Source of the DNA: an uncultured Gammaproteobacteria bacterium
Lineage (GTDB): Bacteria > Patescibacteriota > Patescibacteriia > Patescibacteriales > GWC2-42-12
Length of the DNA: 64,000 bases
Direction of reading: 5' to 3'
Assembly (NCBI GenBank): GCA_964560005.1
Contig: CAZLKB010000002.1
Coordinates: forward strand, 128,381 to 192,380
Of this stretch, positions 35,570 through 43,262 are shown one piece after another. The first letter of the stretch is position 1. The number at the start of each line of letters is the position of its first letter. The notes beneath the pieces are model-generated. The model searched no databases, was not told the origin of the DNA, and saw only the letters and a program-made list of their open reading frames with translations. The position numbers and the translations under genes are program-made.

Positions 35570-36085
35570 TTATTGACTTTTGTTTATCTTCTTTAAAATT
35601 ATTTTTATGGCGTCATCTGGATTTCTAGATGAATTATCTATTTTGAATTCGTTTTTTATCGAGTCTCTTTTAATAAGTTGCTTATTCCAATTTAATGCTT
35701 CGCTAGCATTTCTAAAACCAGAATCTCGCGTATCATCCAAAACTCGATTAGACAATTCATTGTCATCATTAACCACTAAACTGAAAATTAAATAGTTTGT
35801 CGGATCAAAAATTTTTGGAATTTCTATAATTCGCCTGTCCAGAAGGTCGTTAACAATCACATAAGGGTATTTATTCTTAATATAGTTTTTGAGAATGAAT
35901 ACAAGATTTTCAAATGACATCTGCTCTTCTTTGTCGCTCTTATTGCTCCAAGATTTATTTAAGTGAAATTCCCTAATCCATCCGAAATCTATTAAAACAG
36001 AATTGTCCAATTTAATTTTCAGCTGATTTGAAATAGTAGTTTTCCCACTGCCAGGTGCTCCAGCTATAAAAATAATTTTTGTCAT
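35570..36085 (-). CDS. P-loop NTPase / small-molecule or nucleotide kinase-like protein (array gene)
   Basis: Walker A IAGAPGSGKTT at the N-terminus. 171 aa, of AAA_33/kinase-like size. Confidence 0.6.
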   Translation of the reverse strand: MTKIIFIAGAPGSGKTTISNQLKIKLDNSVLIDFGWIREFHLNKSWSNKSDKEEQMSFENLVFILKNYIKNKYPYVIVNDLLDRRIIEIPKIFDPTNYLIFSLVVNDDNELSNRVLDDTRDSGFRNASEALNWNKQLIKRDSIKNEFKIDNSSRNPDDAIKIILKKINKSQ

Positions 36086-36163
36086 ATTTATTGAAATTTT
36101 TAGTTTAGAACTACAGAGCTCATTTTTATTTCCGATAACGTATCCGAATATCGGAAGTTTGAC

Positions 36164-36391
36164 TTATTTTTTATCGTTCTCAAAAAATTCACTTTCTTTT
36201 AATCCGGATTGGAGCAAAATTGATTGAAATGTGCCATAAGGAATTTCTTTTTTACTCATTTTGATAGTGACATTTTTCGTCGGGCTGCCAGTTTTGCGAA
36301 AACGCGCATGTGACCCCTTTTGACGGACAAAAAAGAAGCCCTTTTGGCGAAGGACTCTTAATATCAAACTTAGTACAACCGGTTTAGGCAT
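36164..36391 (-). CDS. hicA: HicA-family mRNA interferase toxin
   Basis: 75 aa. LRQKGFFFVRQKGSHARFRK is the YcfA/HicA signature. It overlaps hicB by 8 nt. Confidence 0.8.
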   Translation of the reverse strand: MPKPVVLSLILRVLRQKGFFFVRQKGSHARFRKTGSPTKNVTIKMSKKEIPYGTFQSILLQSGLKESEFFENDKK

Positions 36392-36602
36392 ATTTAAAAG
36401 TAAGCGGTATTAGATCTGGTCGCTCCACTTTATTAATTTTAGAGGCAGGTATATCTTCTAAATGAAGTTCTAAGGCTTCTTGCAAGCATTCCAGGGCTTC
36501 TTTTTTGGTATCGCCGAAGCTGGAAACCGCGGTGTTGAGGTTCCAGGCTACATAGTATTTACCCTCTTTCCAAACTACATTTTTTAAGTCAATTTTGCGC
36601 AT
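36384..36602 (-). CDS. hicB: HicB-family antitoxin
   Basis: 72 aa. YYVAWNLNTAVSSFGDTKEALECLQEALELHLE-like UPF0150/HicB N-domain pattern. It sits upstream of, and overlaps, hicA. Confidence 0.75.
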   Translation of the reverse strand: MRKIDLKNVVWKEGKYYVAWNLNTAVSSFGDTKKEALECLQEALELHLEDIPASKINKVERPDLIPLTFKYA

Positions 36603-36791
36603 ATTGTTATATAATTATGCTTTTATCATACTAAAAGAGAAAAAATAAGTCAAATTTGGATGAGGGGCGAGCCGAGCTCCGAACCCGATATTCGGTGTTA
36701 GGCGAGGGTTCTTTTGCCCTTCCTTAATGCAATTATATCAAATAAAAGAGCAAAAGAAAGCGCAGCGTCCCCTTGAGTTGCCAGCCCGCTG

Positions 36792-37220
36792 TTACCTTTC
36801 TTCAACAGAAACACATTTATTTGATATACATTTTGCGTCGGGGCCAGAACCACAATCATTAATAGAAAGAGAACATTTCTGGTTATATATATCCATTTTT
36901 TTATAAAATTGTTCTTTGTCGATTTGTTTATTGATATAGTGATAACATCCAAATTCTATATAAGTCCCTCCTAGCATAATTACATCACAGTCTGAATCAG
37001 TTTGGCAATAGTTTGTTTTTTCTAAATCATTTTCAATCTCGTTATGTAAATCCTCGCAAACAAACTCACCCGATGGTTGATTGATAATAGGCAATTTAAT
37101 AGATGTTTTTTCAATTAATTCATTAGATTGTGGTTCAGTAAATTTATTTATTAACAGAAATGTGGCTGCAGAAATTAAAATTACTAAAGTAATTATCAAA
37201 TAAATGTGTTTTGTGCTCAT
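36792..37220 (-). CDS. Membrane-anchored Cys-rich exported protein (array gene)
   Basis: N-terminal TM anchor, then 9 Cys in about 90 residues (CEDL, YCQTDSDCD, FGCYHY, KCSLSINDCGSGPDAKCISNKC). Confidence 0.5.
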   Translation of the reverse strand: MSTKHIYLIITLVILISAATFLLINKFTEPQSNELIEKTSIKLPIINQPSGEFVCEDLHNEIENDLEKTNYCQTDSDCDVIMLGGTYIEFGCYHYINKQIDKEQFYKKMDIYNQKCSLSINDCGSGPDAKCISNKCVSVEER

Positions 37221-37354
37221 ATTGATAGAATTAATTATATTAGAATATTTAATAATTTCGACCTGAAAGGCGGGCTGGCAATTTCGTCCTAACGTTTCGG
37301 CGTATCTGAAGTTTCCGTTTTTGTGATATTTGATTAATAAAAAATGACAAATCT

Positions 37355-37876
37355 TTATTTTTTGCTCAAAGACGAGTTCATTATTTCTATGGTCAGCTTG
37401 ATCTGTCCTTTTGGGTCATTTAACATATAACCGCCATATTTTAATTCATCAAATCTACCATGAGCAACGTGGTTTCTGAGATCGTTAATTTTCCAAAGCA
37501 TTGTAATATAATTTTTATCCTTGGGCATAGTGGCATAATGTTTTTCAATTAATGATATTTTTGACCCAAAAGGTAATTTGTCAAGCATCCCGTTAATCAT
37601 AGGATTTTCAATTCCAAACATTTTATTCTTCTCAACAAAACTAATAATGTCGTTAATTTCACGTTCCATAAAATAGGTAATCCAAAAGACAAATTCTACT
37701 GCTTCAAATTGATCGTCTGTTATATTAAAACGTTTTTGAGCAAAAAGTTTGCCCATTTTTAATTCTTTTAGACCATTAAAATCAACCCCATGTTTTTCAA
37801 AAGTCTCAATGGCTTTATCTGGGTCAGAACTTAGAAATGCCATTATTTTATCGTCTAAAGATTTGTCATTTCCCAT
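37355..37876 (-). CDS. HEPN-motif protein (Abi-like candidate RNase)
   Basis: 173 aa, all-helical character. INDLRNHVAHGRF contains the Rx4H HEPN motif in its RNxxAH form. Confidence 0.5.
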   Translation of the reverse strand: MGNDKSLDDKIMAFLSSDPDKAIETFEKHGVDFNGLKELKMGKLFAQKRFNITDDQFEAVEFVFWITYFMEREINDIISFVEKNKMFGIENPMINGMLDKLPFGSKISLIEKHYATMPKDKNYITMLWKINDLRNHVAHGRFDELKYGGYMLNDPKGQIKLTIEIMNSSLSKK

Positions 37877-37933
37877 ATTTTAAATCACAAAAAAAGGAAA
37901 TTTGCGTGAGCAAGCGTTAAGAATAAAATTATC

Positions 37934-38308
37934 TTAATTATTTTTAAACTTTTTCATTTTACTCCGCATAACGAATATAAGAACAATCCATAAAAGTGCA
38001 AGGCTGAATATAGTATCAAAAACAACCATCATCAAAGCCGCAAAACTGTCCCCAAAAACTGAAAAAATTGCCCCTAAAAGAAGTGATATATAACCGGTAG
38101 TTACTCCTTGGGCTGACATAAATTCTCTTGTCATCATATCTATTATGCTTAATATGGTAAGGGCAATAAATATTCTAAAAAATATACGATATTTTTTATA
38201 TTTATCTGTGTCAGAAATTTTTTCAGTTTTTGCTTCCACAATTTTTTGTTTTTCAGCCGCTTTTTCATTTTCCTCTTTGTATAAATCCTTCATTTTTACT
38301 TCGCTCAT
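37934..38308 (-). CDS. Small membrane protein (charged N-terminus plus about 3 TM helices), upstream partner of the HEPN gene
   Basis: 124 aa. It lies 57 nt upstream of the HEPN ORF on the same strand. Confidence 0.5.
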   Translation of the reverse strand: MSEVKMKDLYKEENEKAAEKQKIVEAKTEKISDTDKYKKYRIFFRIFIALTILSIIDMMTREFMSAQGVTTGYISLLLGAIFSVFGDSFAALMMVVFDTIFSLALLWIVLIFVMRSKMKKFKNN

Positions 38309-38403
38309 ACTTTTTTATTTAAAAATAATTAAGATAATTTTATTTAGCTTGCGAACCAGATACGCCGTGTTAGGCGATGTATTTGTAAAAAATTATTTTA
38401 TTC

Positions 38404-38877
38404 TTATTTCGCTTGCTTACTTTTTAGGTCATATAAGGTCGCAATGACTATAAAATGAAATAGAAAAATTATAAGAGGAATTTGAAAATTTTGATAAATT
38501 AAAAAGATTACGGCATAAATAACAAAAGCTTGAATTAAAAAATAAATATTGTTTGAACCGTCTATTAACGTAAAATACCATTGCTTTTTTTCTTTCCCAA
38601 TATTTTGAACAGCAGCTTTTTGAAGCGAATTTATACCATCATTTATTTTAAGTATATAATCGGCAAGCATAATAGGTATTAAAGACAATAAAAAAGTTAT
38701 CAAAATTTTCAAATTCCCTATGTTTGATTTAGGTATAATTTCTTCACTAAATGTAGCTATAACTAACAGGGCTATCATTAGTTCCATAACATAAATTATA
38801 GTTCTAAACCTTTCGCCAATTAAATCATAGCATTTACCACCGAAGAATTTTAATTTTTCTATTTTATCGTTATCCAT
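38404..38877 (-). CDS. Polytopic membrane protein, unknown function (array gene)
   Basis: 157 aa with about 4 TM helices. Confidence 0.5.
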   Translation of the reverse strand: MDNDKIEKLKFFGGKCYDLIGERFRTIIYVMELMIALLVIATFSEEIIPKSNIGNLKILITFLLSLIPIMLADYILKINDGINSLQKAAVQNIGKEKKQWYFTLIDGSNNIYFLIQAFVIYAVIFLIYQNFQIPLIIFLFHFIVIATLYDLKSKQAK

Positions 38878-38904
38878 AATTAATAATTTTTTACAAATAT
38901 TTCG

Positions 38905-39037
38905 TCCTAACGTTTAGGCATATCTGAAGTTTGCCGAAATGAAATGAAGGCAAATTTGGGTGAAAGAATTTTTTACTCCTTATTAAAATACTATTGATGA
39001 AAAATTCTTGAACCAGATATGCCTTGTTATGTGATGT
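38905..39037. repeat. attC-like paired site, unit 5 (133 bp, compact)
   Basis: TCCTAAC-GTTT-AGGCATATCTG-AAGTTT (38905-38932) pairs with GAAC-CAGATATGCCT-T-GTTATGTGATGT (39010-39037). Internal hairpins: TTTGCC/GGCAAA and AGAATTTTT/AAAAATTCT. Confidence 0.65.
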
Positions 39038-39096
39038 AAATTTTTTTATCTCGTTTTTATAAATCAACTATGTCTTTTTGAAAGAAAATTTGATTT

Positions 39097-39930
39097 TTAA
39101 TTTGGCGAAGGGCAGAGGGGTTGGGGGTGAATGCCCTGAGCCAAATTACTTTGTTTTTGTTCTTGCTGTTGAAATAAAGTAGGACAACTATTATATTTTT
39201 TGATTCGATTTATTATTAGCTTGTGGTAATCTTTGTTTATTTCAAAACCGACATACTGTCTATCATTTGCCAAGCATGCAATAGCCGTTGTTCCCGTTCC
39301 CATAAATGGATCAAAAACAATTCCATTTTTTGGACAACTTGCTTTTACCATTCTTTCTATTATTTCTAATGGTTTTTGTGTTGGATGGTTTTCTCTTTCA
39401 GGGTCTTGAGCATGTATTCTTGATGTACTCCATAAATCTTTTGGATTGTAGCCCATTTCTAACCATTTTTTCCCAACAAATATAGACCTAGTTCGTGCTT
39501 TTTTTGTTTTCTCGTCATAAGGAATTCTTATACTGTCTAAATCAAAATAATAATCATTATCTTTAACAAAAAAACCTATATTATCATGAACGGAAGAAAA
39601 TTTTCGCGTTGAACCACCCATGCTTGGCACACGTCTGTCCCAAATTATTTCATTAACCATTCGTAATTTCTTTTTTAAATATACAAAAATTTCTGGAGAA
39701 TATTGCCAGCTTAAAAAAATGTAAAAACTGCCGGTCTTTTTTAGTTTAGGTAAAACTGCATCAATCCATTGATAAGTCCAATTCAGATAATCTTCAGCTG
39801 ATTTTTGATCTGAATCATTGCCATAATCTTTACCTAAACAATAAGGAGGATCAGTCAATATCAAATCAATAGAATTATCTTCTATTTTATCAATTCCCAA
39901 TAAAATATCTTCATTAAAAATTTTATTCAT
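39097..39930 (-). CDS. DNA methyltransferase, beta-class N6-adenine or N4-cytosine
   Basis: Motif IV LILTDPPY lies near the N-terminus. HPTQKP is present. Motif I FDPFMGTGTT lies near the C-terminus. Confidence 0.9.
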   Translation of the reverse strand: MNKIFNEDILLGIDKIEDNSIDLILTDPPYCLGKDYGNDSDQKSAEDYLNWTYQWIDAVLPKLKKTGSFYIFLSWQYSPEIFVYLKKKLRMVNEIIWDRRVPSMGGSTRKFSSVHDNIGFFVKDNDYYFDLDSIRIPYDEKTKKARTRSIFVGKKWLEMGYNPKDLWSTSRIHAQDPERENHPTQKPLEIIERMVKASCPKNGIVFDPFMGTGTTAIACLANDRQYVGFEINKDYHKLIINRIKKYNSCPTLFQQQEQKQSNLAQGIHPQPLCPSPN

Positions 39931-39932
39931 AC

Positions 39933-40532
39933 CTATTTCAAAATTATACTTTTTGATTTTTCTTTTAACATTTTTAAAAATTCATCTCGTGTCCTATATA
40001 CTTTATCGTGTCTATATGTGGCTTGTATTTTATCATTTCTTGGATTTACATATATTGGCAAAAATTGTGGTGAGAAAACCTCTAAATAATCTTTAACAAA
40101 ACTTATTTTTATATTTTCAAATTTAATACCAAAACAAGCATATATTAAAGTGTAATTTTTATTAACACTGTATTGAAAATAAAGTTTTTCTACCGCAGAA
40201 ATATCATTTTTATTTTCTTTACCTTCGATATTGTGAATTTTTACATTTATAAAATAGCTTTTGCCTTTATAAATAATTTCGCAATCGTGTAGCGAGGTAT
40301 CTGGAAAATCAAAATTAACTTCATCTAAGCCAAGTTTTTTAGCGTTAAATTTAGTTTGTTGTGTAATAACCTGCTCAACTAGCCAACTTACCGATCTAGT
40401 GTGTGCTTTAAGTCCGTAAGGTAAAATTTTGCTATCTGTAATATCAAAACTAGGCAGTATCGTTAGAAGTTTTATGTAAATATTTTTTACAAATTCTAAA
40501 TCTTTTTCTATTTCTTTTATTTCGTTTTTCAT
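39933..40532 (-). CDS. Candidate type II restriction endonuclease (partner of the methyltransferase)
   Basis: 199 aa, ending 2 nt before the MTase start. It has a possible PD...(D/E)xK-like stretch (FPDTSLHDCEI...INVK). The assignment rests on context. Confidence 0.5.
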   Translation of the reverse strand: MKNEIKEIEKDLEFVKNIYIKLLTILPSFDITDSKILPYGLKAHTRSVSWLVEQVITQQTKFNAKKLGLDEVNFDFPDTSLHDCEIIYKGKSYFINVKIHNIEGKENKNDISAVEKLYFQYSVNKNYTLIYACFGIKFENIKISFVKDYLEVFSPQFLPIYVNPRNDKIQATYRHDKVYRTRDEFLKMLKEKSKSIILK

Positions 40533-40570
40533 AATAAAGTTTGGTAAAATTAGCGATTTGTTATAATTCT

Positions 40571-40579
40571 ATTATAGCA
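40571..40579 (-). promoter_or_regulatory. Extended -10 element (TGCTATAAT on the minus strand) upstream of the R-M pair
   Basis: Plus-strand ATTATAGCA reads as TGCTATAAT on the minus strand, about 35 nt upstream of the REase ATG. Confidence 0.4.
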
Positions 40580-40767
40580 AAATTTTTTATAATAATCCAT
40601 TTTCGTAGCGAAGCGGAGAAAATACCTTATACCCCCCTCTTTAAAAAATAAAAATCAAATTTTCGTCGTATTTTAAAGCACAAAACTTGAAAATACCACT
40701 AAGATAAAAAAATTTATTTCATATAACTCCTCTTTATACGAATAAAATATATAAAATTCGCAGTAAT

Positions 40768-40795
40768 TTGTATATTATGCGAAATATGGTATAAT
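40768..40795 (+). promoter_or_regulatory. Candidate promoter of the recombinase gene
   Basis: TTGTAT (40768-40773), 16-nt spacer, TGGTATAAT extended -10 (40787-40795). Confidence 0.45.
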
Positions 40796-40839
40796 TTTTA
40801 GTAAGTAAAGTTTTCTAATAATATTATAGCTTAATATAT

Positions 40840-41660
40840 ATGCAATTAAAAGAGTTGTTAGAGAGAATTGAAAACGAGCTTAAGCTTAGGAATTACAGCC
40901 GTAAAACCATTAAGAGCTACTTGATTTGTTTGACTGATTATTTCCGCTATATTAAAAATGTGGTGAAAAATCCTGATATCGGCCTGATTAAAAATTATCT
41001 TTTGGAAAAGCAGGGTCGGGGGCAGTCTTCGCAGACGATTAACCTTCATCTTAATGCCATAAAGTATTTTTATCGGGAAGTTTTTAAAAATAATATCCCA
41101 ATAGAAATTAAATTCGCTAAAGTATCAAATAAACTGCCGATCGTTTTGTCCAGAAATGAAATAGAAAAAATAATCGGTTCAATCGGCAACCGTAAGCATA
41201 AACTGCTGATCGCCCTAGCCTATGGAGCCGGCCTGAGGGTGAGCGAGTCCATAAATTTAAAAATTAAAGATGTGGATTTATCGGAATTAGTGATCCATCT
41301 TAAGGACGCTAAGGGCGGCAAAGACCGGCTAACCATAATTCCCGAAAGCCTAAAATCAGGGCTGAATGAAATTATGGCCCTGCGCGACAAAAATGATTAT
41401 GTCTTCGCCAGCGAGCGCGGCGGCCGGTTAACCGATCGGTCGGCGCAAAAAGTATTTGAAAATGCTTTAAAAAATGTCATATTAATAAGGAGGCCACTTT
41501 CCATTCCCTAAGGCACAGCTTCGCCACTCATCTATTGGAGAACGGCGTTGATGTGCGCTACATACAGGAACTCTTAGGTCACGCCAATATCAGGACTACG
41601 CAAATTTACACTAAAGTGACTAATCCAAGCTTAAAGAAAATAAAAAGCCCGCTGGACTGA
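40840..41660 (+). CDS. IntI/XerCD-like tyrosine recombinase, interrupted by a -1 frameshift at an A6 tract
   Basis: Frame 1 (40840-41511) gives [51 protein letters not shown]. The -1 frame (41460-41660) gives [15 protein letters not shown]...[16 protein letters not shown], carrying the HxxR, H and Y catalytic residues. The switch must occur at 41469-41475. Confidence 0.8.
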
Positions 41661-41693
41661 CCGGATCGGCGCGGGCGCAAAATAATTTTTTGG

Positions 41694-42101
41694 TTATGAG
41701 TTTTTGTTGAATATATATTTTTGCCAAAAATAAAAAACCAGCAAAACGGCAAAAGCTTGGAGTACATCCGTAAGATCGGGTAGGCCGGATAAGAAAGCTA
41801 TTAAAAGTATAAATATCGGAGTCAGGAATAAGACAGCGTCGGCTATGATTTTATCAAAAAAAGAAAGATAAATTACAATATCCAGATTATCATCTTTAAT
41901 CCTTTTTTTGAATTCCCGCTTATTGATATTAAATTTTATTGAGATTAAAACTAAAATAACCAGAAAAGGCAATAAGAATTTGACCATCTCGCCGAGACTT
42001 AGGATGTTGATGTATCTGATTATAAAAATAAGGCAAAAGCAAAGAAATAATATATACAGTATAAAATCAATAAAATCAACCAGCATGTCTTTTGCGTTCA
42101 T
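41694..42101 (-). CDS. Small polytopic membrane protein, unknown function
   Basis: 135 aa, about 4 TM helices, very AT-rich. Confidence 0.45.
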   Translation of the reverse strand: MNAKDMLVDFIDFILYILFLCFCLIFIIRYINILSLGEMVKFLLPFLVILVLISIKFNINKREFKKRIKDDNLDIVIYLSFFDKIIADAVLFLTPIFILLIAFLSGLPDLTDVLQAFAVLLVFYFWQKYIFNKNS

Positions 42102-42194
42102 ATTTTATATTTAATTCAATAAATTTTGATAAATAAACCGTCTTTATTGCTATCGCCGTTTATTTAATTATAGCAAAATTGACCGGAGGATACA

Positions 42195-43262
42195 ATGTTA
42201 AAAAGAATTGCCGTCATTTTGATAAATTATAAAAACTACGCCGAAGAATTCCTGCCGACTTGCTGGGCCGGCCTGATTAAGCAGGATTATGCCGGCGAGA
42301 AAAAAGTTTTTATTGTTGACAATGAAAGTTCGGCGGAAAGCCTGGCTCTGCTTAAGCGCGTCGCGCCAAGCGCGGAAATAGTAATAAATAAAGACAACGA
42401 TGGGTTTGCTAAAGGCAATAATGACGCTATCAAGCTGGCTTGCCGGCAGAAATTTGACTATATAATTCTATTTAACATGGACGCGGAAGCGGCCGGCGAT
42501 TGCTTCAGCAAATTGGTGGCTGCGGCCGAAAGCGAAAAGGAAATCGGCGCGGCGCAGGCCAGGCTGATGATGTTTAGCGATAAAAATAAAATCAACAGCC
42601 TGGGTAATGTGACGCATTTTTTAGGATTTGGCTATTCCGAAGGAAACGGCCAGGCCTATCGGGAGACGGCGGGCGGCAGCGAGCCCCTGGCGACGAAAGC
42701 AATTTGCTACCCTAGCGGAGCCGCGGTTTTATTTAAGGCCGAAGTTCTGGAAAAAGCCGGTTTGTTTGATGAAAAGTTTTGGATGTATAATGAAGACCAG
42801 GATTTAGGCTGGCGGATTTGGCTGGCGGGCTATAAATGCGTTTTAGCTCCGGACGCCTTGGCTTACCATAAATATGAGTTTAAACGCAGTATCAAGAAAT
42901 ATTATTATCTGGATAGAAATCGGATCATGGCTATGCTTAATAATTATCATTGGGCAACATTAATTTTAATTTTTCCGGCTTTTCTCGCCATGGAAATCGG
43001 CTTGATATTTTTTTCAATTAAAGGCGGCTGGTTTAAGGAAAAATTAAAGGTCTATGCCTATTTTTTAAGCTTAAAGAATTGGCTCGGAATTTTCGCCTCA
43101 AGGCGCCGGGCGCAAGATTTAAGAAAAATTAAAGATAAAGAAATTATTAAATTCTTCAGCGGCCGAATCTGGTATCAGGAGATCGGGGAGTGGCGCTTAA
43201 GAATTGCCAATTTGTTTTTTAACGCTTATTGGCGGATAATCAAGGTTTTTATTTGGTGGTAG
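42195..43262 (+). CDS. Family-2 glycosyltransferase
   Basis: IAVILINYKN, VDNES, FAKGNN, NEDQDLGWR. A GGAGGA sequence lies 4 nt upstream of the ATG. Confidence 0.8.
   Translation: MLKRIAVILINYKNYAEEFLPTCWAGLIKQDYAGEKKVFIVDNESSAESLALLKRVAPSAEIVINKDNDGFAKGNNDAIKLACRQKFDYIILFNMDAEAAGDCFSKLVAAAESEKEIGAAQARLMMFSDKNKINSLGNVTHFLGFGYSEGNGQAYRETAGGSEPLATKAICYPSGAAVLFKAEVLEKAGLFDEKFWMYNEDQDLGWRIWLAGYKCVLAPDALAYHKYEFKRSIKKYYYLDRNRIMAMLNNYHWATLILIFPAFLAMEIGLIFFSIKGGWFKEKLKVYAYFLSLKNWLGIFASRRRAQDLRKIKDKEIIKFFSGRIWYQEIGEWRLRIANLFFNAYWRIIKVFIWW

Larger units (their letters stand above)
36132..36707. repeat. attC-like paired site, unit 3 (arms 576 bp apart, enclosing hicB-hicA)
   Basis: CCGATAAC-GTAT-CCGAATATCGG-AAGTTT (36132-36163) pairs with GAAC-CCGATATTCGG-T-GTTAGGCGAGG (36681-36707). 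Confidence 0.6.
37287..38380. repeat. attC-like paired site, unit 4 (arms 1094 bp apart, enclosing the TM + HEPN genes)
   Basis: TCCTAAC-GTTT-CGGCGTATCTG-AAGTTT (37287-37314) pairs with GAAC-CAGATACGCCG-T-GTTAGGCGATGT (38353-38380). Confidence 0.6.
33948..42150. mobile_element. AT-rich accessory island with integron-like organisation, inserted within the glycan gene cluster
   Basis: By eye it is clearly more AT-rich than the flanks. GT2 genes flank it on both sides (32951 and 42195). It contains a tyrosine recombinase, R-M, TA and HEPN genes, plus repeated TAAC...GTTA paired sites. Confidence 0.65.

Noticed and set aside
36698-36952. Tracked 84-aa minus-strand ORF
   Set aside because: It overlaps, out of frame, the better-supported 142-aa Cys-rich gene and the right arm of unit 3.
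40533-40839. Search for an attI-like crossover site next to the recombinase
   Set aside because: Only weak candidates were found: GTTATAA at 40561-40567 and ATAAC at 40725-40729. Neither has the flanking boxes seen in units 1-5, so no call is made.
34163-41660. Calling the locus a canonical (class-type) integron
   Set aside because: The recombinase lacks the IntI-specific additional domain between the KGxKDR and HxxR blocks, and its frame is broken. No attI was identified. Three sites have kilobase-scale loops. Only the weaker label integron-like is justified.
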